64,000 nt of DNA from Methanomethylovorans hollandica DSM 15978 (GCF_000328665.1 NC_019972.1:186001-250000), one strand, 5' to 3'. Counted from the first letter of the stretch, positions 9,974 to 21,700 are shown. Translations and numbers: made by a program. Notes: a model not told the origin generated them from the letters alone.

Positions 9974-10420
9974 TTATTGGACTTTAATCGTTTTTTTGTT
10001 CGTTATTTGCTTCGGGCAGTTAATCTCCAAGATTCCGTTATTAAATATGTATGATATTTTATCAATGTCAATCTTACATGGTAGAGGGATGTTGTGACAA
10101 ATGCTTTTTCCATTGAAACTCCCCGTTACGCTGATTGTATCATCTGTAAAATCAAGTATTATCCTATCTTTTGGAATACCGGATATATTTATAAAAATGG
10201 TAATCATAGAATCGTTATTATGAATCGAATATCCTCTCTTAATAAATATCAGAGGACAGATAAATTTTAGAATATCAATCAATGGGATTGAAAGCTTTAT
10301 ATCAATTGGGGGTGTACCTTCTCCAGGCATGAGAATTGTTCTTCCTAATGTTATTACAATAGCCCCTAATTTAATTAGAGCTACGGTAATTATACTTAAA
10401 TGTACTACCTTATGTACCAT
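9974..10420 (-). CDS. Hsp20/alpha-crystallin-like protein
   Basis: INISGIPKDRI, IPLPCKID and FNNGILEI motifs; AGGTGA RBS. Confidence 0.75.
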   Translation of the reverse strand: MVHKVVHLSIITVALIKLGAIVITLGRTILMPGEGTPPIDIKLSIPLIDILKFICPLIFIKRGYSIHNNDSMITIFINISGIPKDRIILDFTDDTISVTGSFNGKSICHNIPLPCKIDIDKISYIFNNGILEINCPKQITNKKTIKVQ

Positions 10421-10988
10421 TTAATTTCACCTACACATAGATTCGTCTATTATAGCATATTGACAAATACCATTATATTCCACCAGCACCAAAATTTGTT
10501 ACCACAAATTTAATTATTTATATATTATGCGCATTATATTTATTGTGGTTACTAGACCTCCGGTTAATACTATTATCATTTGTATCTACTGCGCGGTTCT
10601 TTTTTCTGTAGATTTTTTATGTTCTACAAATCAATGTAAAAGATAGTCATATATAAGCATTTGCTTTCATTTGACAAATGATAATTTGAATATAAATATG
10701 CTATAAGGCAGTATATAACAAAACAGTCTTAGAAATTTTTTATATGTTTTTGATATATACAATAAATAATTTTGTAGAGTGTGACACTAGCTTCCGTTAG
10801 TATGTGAAAACAAAAAATTGAATTGAGTGCATTTTTGTTTTGTAAAATAATCCATGTCTGTAAATGGGACTCAATTTCATAAAAAACCTATTATATAATA
10901 ATCTAGTTGCCCATAATAATAACTTTTTATCGGAATGGATAATTATCAACCATTAATTAAGCATAGTTAGGGCAAAAAAAAAGGATTT

Positions 10989-11591
10989 TTATATATATTG
11001 AGCAACGTACTTGACGATATTGTCATTGAAATAATAGGATGTCGTAGAGATACCAAGTATTTTGAGATCAATGGCTAATAATGGTTCATCTACGTTGCAA
11101 ATATCATTTACAAGGAACATTCCGGATACCTTATTATCAAATATTTTAGCTGCAACAAGTTCTAATTGCTCATCAGTTAATGGAGGTACTTCATCAAAGC
11201 AATGTTTACTGCAAATCGTTTTCAAAGCGTTCAATATCCCTGGAGAATCTACTATGTACAGCTTACAGAAGTGTTCATGGCCTTGAAGGATAAAGTAGGA
11301 TCCTCCATTGCAAAAACCTTCTTTAGAGCTAATTATCTTGTTCCCATAAGATTTCTTTTCAAAATGCAAATAAGGATTTAGTTGAGTAGAACTTGATGAG
11401 TTCAATAAATGATCTGGAACTCCGGTATAATAGGCTTTGATCACTTTACCGCATTCGGGACACACATATCCGCTTATCAATGGAAATTCATGAATTTCAG
11501 TATCAGAGGTAGCATTCTCTTTTGATGGTTTATCGGACAGATCATGGAATAAAAGAAAGAGATTTCTTTCTTTATCTATGGTTATAGTCAT
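10989..11591 (-). CDS. Hypothetical protein with CPEC zinc-ribbon motif
   Basis: 200-aa ORF overlapping the stop of the HD gene by 4 bp (translational coupling). Confidence 0.6.
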   Translation of the reverse strand: MTITIDKERNLFLLFHDLSDKPSKENATSDTEIHEFPLISGYVCPECGKVIKAYYTGVPDHLLNSSSSTQLNPYLHFEKKSYGNKIISSKEGFCNGGSYFILQGHEHFCKLYIVDSPGILNALKTICSKHCFDEVPPLTDEQLELVAAKIFDNKVSGMFLVNDICNVDEPLLAIDLKILGISTTSYYFNDNIVKYVAQYI

Positions 11592-12226
11592 GTGACAACC
11601 TCCGTTATCGGTGGAATTGTTTCTGTAATTTCCAGTGGTGTTTCTGCATCATCTACATACAATGTAGCAAGATGGTCTGCGAAATATACAATGAATGCTT
11701 CAGGGCATTTATCTTTAATTGCGAATTCGTACATCCTGTATGAAGGATCATAAGGCCCCATGTGCCATCTTATGCACATCATTTCCTGCGTTGTTAAGGT
11801 TATGAATTTCTGAAGCAGAATTACGCTTTTCTCACCGTGTCCCATCGGAAAAATATCTTCTTTTTCGTATGGGTTTTGGCTCCGTGCTCCTGCTTTGGTG
11901 TACTTTTCCCTGTATAGATTTAGGGCTTTGTCAAAATCATGTAAAATACCAATAATGATGAGAGAATCACAGAATTTGATTTGGCTATACTTTTCTTCAA
12001 GATACAGTAGTGCATCGTACACATTGAGAACATGTTGAGCAAGGCCTCCTTTTTTGCACAGGTGGAATTTACTGCTTGCAGGTGCTTCAAAGAAATTGCA
12101 TTCAGGACTTTGCATGAAAACAATTAGGTTATCGATACCTTCTCTTTCAGTCGATTTCAGAAGTTCTATTATTCTATTCTTGTTTTGGAGAATCGTTTCT
12201 TCAGGTAATGAATGGTCTGTAGTCAT
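11588..12226 (-). CDS. HD-domain phosphohydrolase (phage/plasmid type)
   Basis: APASSKFH, GGLAQH, ILHDFDK, GHGEKS, IRWHMG and ADH motifs. Confidence 0.85.
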   Translation of the reverse strand: MTTDHSLPEETILQNKNRIIELLKSTEREGIDNLIVFMQSPECNFFEAPASSKFHLCKKGGLAQHVLNVYDALLYLEEKYSQIKFCDSLIIIGILHDFDKALNLYREKYTKAGARSQNPYEKEDIFPMGHGEKSVILLQKFITLTTQEMMCIRWHMGPYDPSYRMYEFAIKDKCPEAFIVYFADHLATLYVDDAETPLEITETIPPITEVVT

Positions 12227-12264
12227 AGTACATTGTGTGTGGTTTTTTTAGTGATTTTGAATAA

Positions 12265-12606
12265 CTAAACATCAGACACCCATTCATATTCTTCAGGAGA
12301 CATTTCATTATAGTGCTTGAAAATTGTATCAATTGGAGGCTTAGCACGAAATATTCCATAATATTTCCCAAAAAGAGCATGGTTGAAAATTCCATTAATA
12401 GACCGAATTGTTAACCTTTTCTGAGGATGAAATACTGATATTTCCAAACGGTCTCCGTTATGAGCTACCATTCTTTTGAAATATTCGATTTTCGTATAAC
12501 CTGCATCCAACAGATTGTCCATTTCTTTAACGAATGATTTAGAATCACCTGTCTCTGATGCGAGAATTAATCGTTCCCTGATCTGTTCGATATCAAAATC
12601 AAGCAT
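12265..12606 (-). CDS. Hypothetical protein
   Basis: 113-aa ORF co-oriented with neighbours. Confidence 0.55.
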   Translation of the reverse strand: MLDFDIEQIRERLILASETGDSKSFVKEMDNLLDAGYTKIEYFKRMVAHNGDRLEISVFHPQKRLTIRSINGIFNHALFGKYYGIFRAKPPIDTIFKHYNEMSPEEYEWVSDV

Positions 12607-12673
12607 TTTATCAACTTTTTTTAATGGTTCATTTTGAACAACTATATATTAATTATAATCTTATTTGATTAAT

Positions 12674-13393
12674 ATGAGTACGAATGAAACTCTTGATCCT
12701 GTCTCGATATGGGATGAATACACTTATCTAGAGCAGGAATTTATGAATAGTTTAAGGTATTTGCCTGCTGTCCCTGCGCATTATAATGTATGGTCTGTTC
12801 ATTTTGCTGATCTTCTAATAAGGATCGGGAGTATTTTTGATTCTTTTTTAAAAAGAACTCTATTTTGCGGTTTTTTAGATAAAAATACTGTTGCAATAGC
12901 TTCTAGAGTAAAATATGAGGATAATAAAATCACAATAAAGGATTATTACCATTTGTTTGAACCATGTTACAATCTTTCCTTAAAAACAGTATTTAACTTG
13001 ATCACATCTGAGCCAATTGTTCCTTTTTCTGAATGGGGAAACAATGAATATACGGCTCTTGGATGGTGGAAGGCTTATACGAAACTAAAACACGATAGAT
13101 TTGTAAATAAAGAAGTAGCAACGCTTGAATCAACTCAAAATGCGTTGGCATCTCTTTTTTTGATGAACCTGCTCAATCCAGAGATTAATTCATTATTAGT
13201 TGATTATGATCTGATAAGAAGTCTGTGGTCAAAGGAATCCCTTAAGAGATTAATATCTAAACCAGAACCTATAGATGGATGTGAGGAAATCTATGCAAAA
13301 ACCAAACTTTTTGGATATGTATTCGAAACACAAGTCAAATATGATAATCCGAAAAAAATAGAAATATTATCTCCATCTTATCTTCAATTCTAA
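12674..13393 (+). CDS. Conserved hypothetical protein, possibly HEPN-like
   Basis: WS...ADLLIRIGS.FDS and PFSEW...WWKAYTKLKHDR motifs; opposite strand to the backbone. Confidence 0.55.
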   Translation: MSTNETLDPVSIWDEYTYLEQEFMNSLRYLPAVPAHYNVWSVHFADLLIRIGSIFDSFLKRTLFCGFLDKNTVAIASRVKYEDNKITIKDYYHLFEPCYNLSLKTVFNLITSEPIVPFSEWGNNEYTALGWWKAYTKLKHDRFVNKEVATLESTQNALASLFLMNLLNPEINSLLVDYDLIRSLWSKESLKRLISKPEPIDGCEEIYAKTKLFGYVFETQVKYDNPKKIEILSPSYLQF

Positions 13394-13494
13394 AAGAACC
13401 GGTTGTTGATCGTATCTTTAGGGCAATTCACAGTAGCATGCAATGTATTTTGAATTTGTCATTAACTTCGGTATATTTTCCGTTAATCGTTATT

Positions 13495-13839
13495 TTACGA
13501 AGGATTGTTAAGTATTGTATCAATGTGGAAAATCAATACATGTTCAAGGATCTTATGACTTATATTTTCATCATCTACATTAATACAATCTCCACATAGA
13601 TCACATACAAACGATGATATTTCTCTGACAGATGATTCCTGAACATCTCCAGCTTCGTATTGTGGAAGTTCTTCTTGTATGAAATCACTTTCACATATCA
13701 GTGAGCTGGTAGATTCACACGTTTCAGCAACTTCCTGGTTGATAGTTATATGGGAAGTAATCCAGTCATCTATTTGTTTTCGCTGCTCGCTTGTTAGTGA
13801 TAGCCATTTTGTATTAATTTCGTTCTGTATATTAGACAT
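13495..13839 (-). CDS. Hypothetical protein with C2H2-like zinc finger
   Basis: CDLC...HVLIFH; start re-called at MSNIQ after a GGAGAT RBS. Confidence 0.55.
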   Translation of the reverse strand: MSNIQNEINTKWLSLTSEQRKQIDDWITSHITINQEVAETCESTSSLICESDFIQEELPQYEAGDVQESSVREISSFVCDLCGDCINVDDENISHKILEHVLIFHIDTILNNPS

Positions 13840-13906
13840 TGTATATCTCCAATTTGTTTTTTGTCTGGATTTTTTGTTGCTTTTTATTATACAATCGAAT
13901 GAACCA

Positions 13907-14146
13907 CTAATCATGTTTTGTTTTGTCTTCTACCATGCTCATTAGATCCAGAGGAATATTTTCTTCTGATACGGGAATAATCAGTACTTTTTTACCAATG
14001 AGATATTGTGGTACAACTACAACTGGATAATATCCATTTGGAGAGCCTTCGACCTCTCGGTCTATCCTACCATCTTTCGACATCCGATCTAAATCGATAT
14101 AATTTTCTTGTACTCTTCTCGTGTATCCAAATTCCATATTAATCAC
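13907..14146 (-). CDS. DUF2080-like (AbrB-type) small protein
   Basis: REVEGSPNG...VVVPQYLIGKKVLII resembles the DUF2080 pattern. Confidence 0.5.
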   Translation of the reverse strand: MINMEFGYTRRVQENYIDLDRMSKDGRIDREVEGSPNGYYPVVVVPQYLIGKKVLIIPVSEENIPLDLMSMVEDKTKHD

Positions 14147-14176
14147 TTCTTACTAACAAAAAAAATCTATAGTGGA

Positions 14177-16261
14177 TTAGTGTTTCTTAAGGAACACGAA
14201 TCCACCTGCAAATAATCCCATTACCATACATGTACCGACAGCATATATTGGAAGATTTGATTTTTCGGGTTGTGTATCTGTGGTGTTGGAGCTATTTGTA
14301 GTGTTTTTATCATTCCTGGTACTTTTTGTTTTTAGTACCATTGTTTGTGCATATACATCATCCGGTTTGGATGTAGCTGTCTGCTCACCAGTGATAGCAA
14401 ACGATGAGAATCCATCAGTTTGAGCTGTATATGTGTTATTTATAGAACTATTTATTGGAATAGTGGGTAGTTCTTCCCAACCATAGCCATCATATCTTTG
14501 CAGTTTAACGTCTGTTGGGCTCAAGCACATCTTTTGCATCCATGATTCATTTACATGGAATTTTACCCAACCATCTTCTATGTTATCATCAGTAGCAAAT
14601 CCAGATTTACCTACCCATACATTTACATAAGTATATACATTTCCTTGAGGATCGCTGTCTACTAGCTTTGATCTATTATTCAGAATCTCTACCGTAGTAG
14701 TTATTTCTCCGGAGTTTTTGAGAGCCTTAAATCCAATTGAAGGGACGACATCAGCAGTTTTGTTGAAGTTGTATATTACATAAGTATCTGCTAATATGAA
14801 CTTTCTGGCAACGTCTTTAATCAAAATTTTCCTGAAATCTTCTGCAGTAGAAGCTCCTCCTATACTACCGCCACCGCCTCCACTTTTGGATTCAATGGTA
14901 TTTGATGAATTTGTCCTGACAACAATCTTAATGGTATTTCCATTAAAACCATTATTATAAGGGGTTATGTTGTAAGTATAGATAGTATTGCTCGTAAGTC
15001 CTGAGTCTACATATGACTCTTCGCTAATGTTTCCAATAATAAGTCCATTTCTTTGTATTTGGGTATTGGTAGTTTCATTAGAAGCATTCCATACTAATGT
15101 GATCGAAGTATTAGTAATTTCAGTACTGGAAACACTAGAAATGACAGGTATCTTTATTGTAGTAGCTGTATTATTGATTCCTGTGTAATCAATATTTCCT
15201 GAAGTATCAACAGTATGTATGCTGATTGTGTGAGTTGTTGCTTCACCTAGTCCAGTTGCATTATATGAATCTATAGAGCTATTGAAAATGTTAGTTACAA
15301 AGACATTGTCCAGATAAACCATTATGTATCCAAGACTTGTATTCAAGGGATTTGTCCAGGTCCATCTGATCCAACTTGGACCAATATTACTGGCACTGAT
15401 ATTTGATATGGAACAAGATACAGTAAGGTTATTTGATGTAATTCTTGATGTATCAAAAATAGCTTCTGCTGCAGTTAGATCTATGGTAGCCTGATCAACT
15501 TGAGATTGAGTTGTATTTTCATTACTTAGAATTGCCTGTGCATTGAGAATCGATATATTAAAAGCATCAATTGCTGATTGGGAATATTGTCCAATTTCTG
15601 TTCCTGCTATAGCAAGACTTAGTTTTGTATATGCAGTAGTAATAACAGATGCGAGGGTAGTTTTATTTACAGAAGTTATTTTGGATGCGTCAAATATTGC
15701 TTCCGCTGACTTTAGAGTTATAACAGCTTGATTTACTTCTGCCTGAGTTGCATCTGGGTCATTTAATATTGTTTGTACATTAACAATAGTTGTATTGAAA
15801 GCATTGATAATCGTTTGAGGATATTGGCCTTGGCCTGTTCCTGCAACAGCACTTCTTAGTTTTAAGGTCGCTGTTGTGATTGATGAAGATAGTGTCGTTT
15901 TATTTACTGATGTTATCATTGCCGTATCAAACAAGGCTTCTGCAGCTTCCAGATCATATATTGCCTGATCGATTTCACTTTGAGTTATTGCATTATTAGA
16001 AACGGTTTGAGCTATGGAAATCGCTTCTCTGAAAGTAGTTATTGCAGATTGGGGATACTGTCCGGGTTCAATGCCAGCGATTGCATTTCCGGCTTTCAGA
16101 GATGCTGTTGTAATGCTGGATGTTAGTTGACTTGTATCTACTGTGGCATTGTCTGCCAAACCTGTATCTATAGTCATGGATACTAAAAGTACCATTGAGA
16201 TTATGTAAAATATTCCAATTCCAAGATATGTAAGTCTATTCTTAATTTGCAGTTCCATCAC
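14177..16261 (-). CDS. Cell-surface protein: three FIVAR-like repeats, two FN3-like domains, PGF-pre-PGF domain and C-terminal anchor
   Basis: Three ~78-aa repeats (AG...GQYPQ.AI.AF...TQ.EV.QA...L.AAEA.FD); WIRWTWTNP; FKALKNSGEITTTVEIL...YVNVWVGKSGFAT...TDGFSSFAITG. Confidence 0.85.
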   Translation of the reverse strand: MMELQIKNRLTYLGIGIFYIISMVLLVSMTIDTGLADNATVDTSQLTSSITTASLKAGNAIAGIEPGQYPQSAITTFREAISIAQTVSNNAITQSEIDQAIYDLEAAEALFDTAMITSVNKTTLSSSITTATLKLRSAVAGTGQGQYPQTIINAFNTTIVNVQTILNDPDATQAEVNQAVITLKSAEAIFDASKITSVNKTTLASVITTAYTKLSLAIAGTEIGQYSQSAIDAFNISILNAQAILSNENTTQSQVDQATIDLTAAEAIFDTSRITSNNLTVSCSISNISASNIGPSWIRWTWTNPLNTSLGYIMVYLDNVFVTNIFNSSIDSYNATGLGEATTHTISIHTVDTSGNIDYTGINNTATTIKIPVISSVSSTEITNTSITLVWNASNETTNTQIQRNGLIIGNISEESYVDSGLTSNTIYTYNITPYNNGFNGNTIKIVVRTNSSNTIESKSGGGGGSIGGASTAEDFRKILIKDVARKFILADTYVIYNFNKTADVVPSIGFKALKNSGEITTTVEILNNRSKLVDSDPQGNVYTYVNVWVGKSGFATDDNIEDGWVKFHVNESWMQKMCLSPTDVKLQRYDGYGWEELPTIPINSSINNTYTAQTDGFSSFAITGEQTATSKPDDVYAQTMVLKTKSTRNDKNTTNSSNTTDTQPEKSNLPIYAVGTCMVMGLFAGGFVFLKKH

Positions 16262-16467
16262 CTACTGAAATTTTAGTGAGGCTCTATTACCACTATGACA
16301 ATAATTTCATTTAGTTGAAGATGATATAGAGTAAACTATTCCTTTCCTGATAATTCAAATACAATCTAATTTTATTTAAAATTTACCTTCTGAATCAGAA
16401 AGCCATTCTCTTGGTAGCTAGAAGAAAAAAATGTTTGTAATTTTAATTGTTTTTCATCAGCTTGAAG

Positions 16468-16502
16468 CAAGGAGACCACCGGTTTTAACCGGTGGTTATT
16501 GA
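16468..16502 (+). mobile_element. IS200/IS605-derived hairpin mini-element (PATE-like)
   Basis: CAAGGAGACCACCGGTTTTAACCGGTGG matches the left end of the element at 60497-61883 at 27/28 nt. Confidence 0.7.
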
Positions 16503-16522
16503 TTTACTCGGAGAATATAAAA

Positions 16523-16756
16523 TTAAATTTCAAACAATTTTAAAAATTCTTCGGAATATCCCATACCTCCAAACATTAATGTAGCCAACGAAAATGCACC
16601 TGCTATGACTGTTGTAGATAATTCAAATATAAGATATGTATTAGGAACAGTTCCAGTTGGATAACTATCTATAATCCAAGAAACTATACAAAGTATCAAA
16701 CTACTCACTATAGCAGCAAGTAAACAAAATTTAAACCAAGGCTTTGCATCTTCCAT
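16523..16756 (-). CDS. Small two-TM membrane protein
   Basis: Two hydrophobic helices in 77 aa. Confidence 0.55.
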   Translation of the reverse strand: MEDAKPWFKFCLLAAIVSSLILCIVSWIIDSYPTGTVPNTYLIFELSTTVIAGAFSLATLMFGGMGYSEEFLKLFEI

Positions 16757-16798
16757 AAAATCTACCCTTCTAATCTTGATTGGAATTTTTTGATATAT

Positions 16799-17107
16799 TC
16801 ACTGTATATTGTCTACATTATAGTCATTTCCATTAATCGTCTTCATTATTTGACAGATCAATTCCTTTGTTTTTTCGGCATCTTTAATAGAAGGATTGAC
16901 TTTTAGAAAATCCGCAAAGTTTAGAGAAGTATGTTCGCATTCTGGACACATGAAATACAATGTTTTACTTTCACATATTGTTGAATCAGTAAAATCAACC
17001 TTATTGTTTTCAATTTCCCAATCGTATCGCCACTTTTCAGCAGTATCTTCAATTACTTTATCAATTTGACGATTACAGTTTGGACAAAAAAATTCTATTG
17101 CAGGCAT
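16799..17107 (-). CDS. Small zinc-finger protein
   Basis: CPNC...CPEC; GAGGT RBS. Confidence 0.6.
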   Translation of the reverse strand: MPAIEFFCPNCNRQIDKVIEDTAEKWRYDWEIENNKVDFTDSTICESKTLYFMCPECEHTSLNFADFLKVNPSIKDAEKTKELICQIMKTINGNDYNVDNIQ

Positions 17108-17116
17108 GTTACTACC

Positions 17117-17410
17117 TCAATCATACAAAGCATCGGGATGACCTGCAAAAGGATTGCTTCCACGTTCTGATAGTTCGATTCCTCTTTCCATTCTATCAAG
17201 AGCTCTCTGTTCTCCTCCATCTCTGGAATCTTGACGTTCTTTTTTTATCTTTTCAATGAATTCATCGACAGGAACAAGGCAATTATCACATAAGAATCGT
17301 AATTCATGTTCATAAGTAACAAACTCACCTTCAATTACATTACCATAATCAATAGCTGATACGTCATCATCTTCCTCGAATACTTTTCCACATACAATAC
17401 ATTTTGCCAT
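17117..17410 (-). CDS. Small zinc-finger protein
   Basis: CIVC...CDNC; AGGTGA RBS. Confidence 0.6.
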   Translation of the reverse strand: MAKCIVCGKVFEEDDDVSAIDYGNVIEGEFVTYEHELRFLCDNCLVPVDEFIEKIKKERQDSRDGGEQRALDRMERGIELSERGSNPFAGHPDALYD

Positions 17411-17459
17411 GGTTTCACCTATTATTGATTTTATGAGTATTTGTTTGCTTTTTTTGTTT

Positions 17460-18116
17460 TTATGAAAACCAGTTCAAGAGCATAATGGAATCTAGTGGTA
17501 CATTGTATTTTTCTTTGATTACCTTAATGGTTTCTCTGGTCTGAATTTTATTGATGTAGTCTTTGTATTCGAGTAGGTGTTCCATGATAGGAATAGCACT
17601 TAAGTCTCCGACTTGTGCAAGGGATATTAATGCAGCAGGTACTTCGAAGACTCCTCTGTGCAATGCATGTATCAAGATCCTTGTAGCTCTGTTATCTCCT
17701 AAATGACCAACGGTTTTTATGATCTCTATTCTCACATCATGATAACCCGATATTACAGTTTCATGGTATAGATCAAGCAAAATCGAAAGAAATTCAGGAT
17801 TTTTTATGGTCCCAATTGCTCTCACTGCTAAGAGTTGTGTTACGTATGATGGACTGGAAAGAGCATATCGAATAGCCTGATAAGTCGCTTTTGTTGAATT
17901 TTCAGGAGTTGCTAATTTGCAGATATATACCAGAGCTGTGTCAATCGATGAAGGGAATATTTGTTGTTTGTTGTTTGAGAGTCTTTCTAGGACAAAGGAT
18001 TCTAGTTTCCTTATATCATTTTCAGCGAAAGCTTTTTTCAAGATACTATTATGATATTCAGCTTCAGTAATTGATAGAGAATTACTATTGTCAGTAGCGA
18101 ATAATGTCGTTTGCAT
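17460..18116 (-). CDS. HEAT-repeat (PBS-lyase-like) protein
   Basis: AVRAIGTI, VRIEIIKTVGHLGD and ALISLAQVGD repeats; start re-called at MQTTLF (track start 18167). Confidence 0.65.
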   Translation of the reverse strand: MQTTLFATDNSNSLSITEAEYHNSILKKAFAENDIRKLESFVLERLSNNKQQIFPSSIDTALVYICKLATPENSTKATYQAIRYALSSPSYVTQLLAVRAIGTIKNPEFLSILLDLYHETVISGYHDVRIEIIKTVGHLGDNRATRILIHALHRGVFEVPAALISLAQVGDLSAIPIMEHLLEYKDYINKIQTRETIKVIKEKYNVPLDSIMLLNWFS

Positions 18117-18191
18117 TACCCTTTTCTCTCCTTGATGATTTATGTTATTTCTTCGATTCTGACTCATTTTTCTAAGATTGCTATCTTTTCA

Positions 18192-18731
18192 TCAAGACTT
18201 TTTTCTGTTGTTTATCTGAAACTCATATTTGTTCAGGTCACTTTCTAAAACTTCATCATCGGGGATGTTATTATTGTTGTTTTTTAGTTCAATCTTCATG
18301 TATTTTAATAGTTCTTGTCGATGATTATCGATAACATGTAGGTCAAGATCATCCCATATGTAGTCTTCTTCCCAACAATCAACAAATTCATAACAATCTA
18401 GGCCTTTCTTAGTAACCAATTGAACTATAATAGAGCCCCAACCATATTTGTGTTCACATATTATACCGAAGTCTCTGGATTTGATTTCCTTTACTTCTTC
18501 TTTTGTTAGAGGAATTCCATTAATTTCAATTCCAGAGATATCATTATCGGTGATGTATAAATCGTTGTCATTGGATTCGCATTTCCATACATGCCCTGTT
18601 AATTCTTCAATGGTGTTTTTGATAGCATCTTTGAGGTCGAGGCCATCTTGTGCTTGTGTTATTTGTAACGCGAATATGAGTGATACTTCATGATTTCGGC
18701 TACCATCATCTATAATTGATGTTATTGTCAT
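18192..18731 (-). CDS. Hypothetical protein
   Basis: 179-aa acidic ORF with GAGG RBS. Confidence 0.55.
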   Translation of the reverse strand: MTITSIIDDGSRNHEVSLIFALQITQAQDGLDLKDAIKNTIEELTGHVWKCESNDNDLYITDNDISGIEINGIPLTKEEVKEIKSRDFGIICEHKYGWGSIIVQLVTKKGLDCYEFVDCWEEDYIWDDLDLHVIDNHRQELLKYMKIELKNNNNNIPDDEVLESDLNKYEFQINNRKKS

Positions 18732-18767
18732 ACGTTCCTCATTGCTATCTTTTTTTTAAAAAAAAAG

Positions 18768-21700
18768 TTATAGTAAACCTTCTTCTGTAAGCATCTTATA
18801 ACTGAAATCCTTATAAGAAAGCCAATTATCCGGATTGAATTCGCTTACTTTTTTTTCATCTATTGCCTGATCGATTCCGTTGGCCTTTAGATCACATAAT
18901 TGTTTCATGTATTCATCTATTGTTCCTTCTAAAAGGACAAAATGGATATTAGGCTCTTTCTTTTGTTGAGGTCTCAGTATCCTTGAGTATGCTTGTCTTG
19001 TTTTTGATGGAGTCCAGTTAACATCGACAACGATTACAGTAGACGCTTCCGGGATGTTAAGTGCAGTTTCTCCACATGTTGTAGTTGCAAGCATTACATT
19101 AATATCAGGAGATGTCTGGAATTTTTCCTTGTCTGTTATTCTCTTGTCAATTGATATTTCTCCAGTGAAGAGAATTGAATTTATTTGTTCCTGATTTAAT
19201 ATCCGGTGCATGTAACTAAGGAATTCTGGTCTTTCAGAGAATACGATTATTTTTTCTCCGTTATTAATAGCATTCCTAATCAGTTCAATTGTTTTTATTT
19301 GCTTTTGGGTTGAATCATGATTCCATTCAAATCCTGGAATATCAGTTTTACTGCTTTGTGGAATTGTAGATGCAAACTGGAGTTTAGTGAGATGAGAAAT
19401 TACAATAGCATTGCTAATGTTATGGCTTGAATCATATTTCATTATTTCAAGCTGTTCTCTGAACCATTTTGCATAGTTTTCCAGCCATTTTTTGTAGTAT
19501 AACAAGTGGTCAGTATCTGGTTTTATCAAGTGGTTATGAAATACAGGTGTTGGACATTTCATGTATGGTTTGACTTCTGGTTCGTTTGTTACCCTGCGGA
19601 TCATCTTTGGTGCAAGCATTTTATACCATTCATTAATATCTTTGACCATTGGTACTTCCATGGACCTCATGCCTTTGTCGAGTGTTTGAGCAAACTGTTC
19701 AGATACCCATGTAGTCTTGATGAACGTTTCATTAAATTTGCGAGTTCCTGAAGTAAATTGATAGCCTTCATCGACAGGGTAACGATATCCGTATGGATTA
19801 AGTTCTGTGCCATCGCCCCATGCTGCTACCAGCAACGAGAAAATGTTTCTGGGATAATTATTAATTATCGTTCCAGTGGCTTCTATAATTCTCTTGCATC
19901 TTCCGAACATTTGTCTGGCTGCAAGAGAGCGATTTGAATCGGCTGCTTTGAGATTATGTGCTTCGTCAAATGCCACGAATTTGATCTTTTTCTTCAGGAC
20001 TTTAATATACGGTTTTTTCAGTCCGTCGATTTTTGTCCATAATTTATTATATGAGATAATATTGAATTGTTTTAGGTTATCTAATTCTTTTCTGGAATCG
20101 ATTACGTTTACGTTTTTAATTCCTAAGTTATTAAATTCGGTGAGGAATTCTTTGATGTTTCTTGATTCTACAACTATCAGAGCATGTTCATGTCCAGATA
20201 ATATAATTGATGCAATTATACATCGGGTTTTTCCAACACCCATATCACCTGTATACATTACACCGGATTTCATGCACATTCTGATAACATCGTCTTTTTG
20301 ATATGGCCACAACCAATCGATACCAAGCTTATCGAGTTTCTTGTGAAGCTCTTCATACTTTGCAGCATATTTGGTTCTGATACCATTTTCAGAGTATTTG
20401 TTAATCCAGATTCCTTTATCTTCATCATATACCGCTTTTTCAAAAGGAGTCATTTCGAGTTCTTTTCTTTGAGTAATTTTCTTGTACCAGTTGAATACCT
20501 GATCATCGAAAACAACATCCAATCCCTTTCTTTCAAGATGTTCTTTCATCTGCATTATGGTATCCAGACCATCGTTAACAATGTTCATTCTCCTGCAGTT
20601 CCATTGCCATATCGAGAAATTTGTTTGGTTTCCGCGATTGTATTTCTTTCCGTATGAATCAATGGCTTCCTGCAGTTTTAATGCTGACAGCATGTCTTTT
20701 GCAGAGAAAACTAGTCCAGAGCTATTTGCATTGACAGATATACGAATTTTTTTTGCATATTCAAGTGATAAAGTTGGTTTGGAAGGTACAGATATTGACT
20801 CTATTTCTGCATGTGGTTGAAGATCGAGATCATATAATGGATATTCATTTGCAGTATCTATTTTTTCCAGTAATTTTTTGTATCCCTCGGAGTTTTTCCA
20901 TATCTCGATTTTTTCCGGGAGCTGTTCCATTGTTTCTACGGTGAGATGCATTGTTTCTAGTTTGTTGTACCAGTAGTCGTATGGAATATAGACTACAAGA
21001 GAACAATTCCATTCTGTTCCGTATTCTTTGAATGCTTCAGAGGGTAGATCGATTCTAAGCAATTTTTTGTGCTGGATAGATGCCCATTTTTCAAATGAAT
21101 ATGTACTTGAATTTGTAAAGAAAGATGTTGGAAGAATTGCTCCAACTACTGTTCTTGATGATTCAAGAGCAATTTCAAGAGCTGCAATATGAGATTCAAT
21201 TGACGATCTCGGACCAAGTTTCCCCCAATTTGCGTTTATTAATGGGATATTTTTCTTTTCTATTTGTAGTGAGAAAGGGGGATTGATTATGAAAGCATCA
21301 ACCATTGTTCTTTCTTTTGATGTTAGCAGGTATCTGTCGTTTTCTGGAATTGCTCCATGCTTAAAAGATGTATGATTGATAAGGTTATCATTGATTATTG
21401 TATCATTTGGCCAGATGTATTTAGCAATTGAAAATGCGTTATTATCGAGTTCAATTCCATATAATCTATTGTTATTTGGTATGAACTGGAACATGGATCC
21501 TATTCCCATGGAATTGTCCATGATAGTAAGATTCTTTGCTCTATCAAGTCCCATAGATTCAGTAAGAGCCTTTACAACAACTGCAGGAGTAAAGAACTGG
21601 CCTTTGTTAAGCTCCCTTTTCTTATGCATGTCAGGAAGCCCACGGGAACCTTCCAGTTTAACAGTAAGTCCAAGAGGTTTATACTTATGGAGTGCATATT

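Noticed and set aside
10421..10988. Long AT-rich intergenic region as replication origin
   Set aside because: No iterons or ORB-like repeats and no adjacent initiator gene; only one widely spaced 12-bp inverted match.
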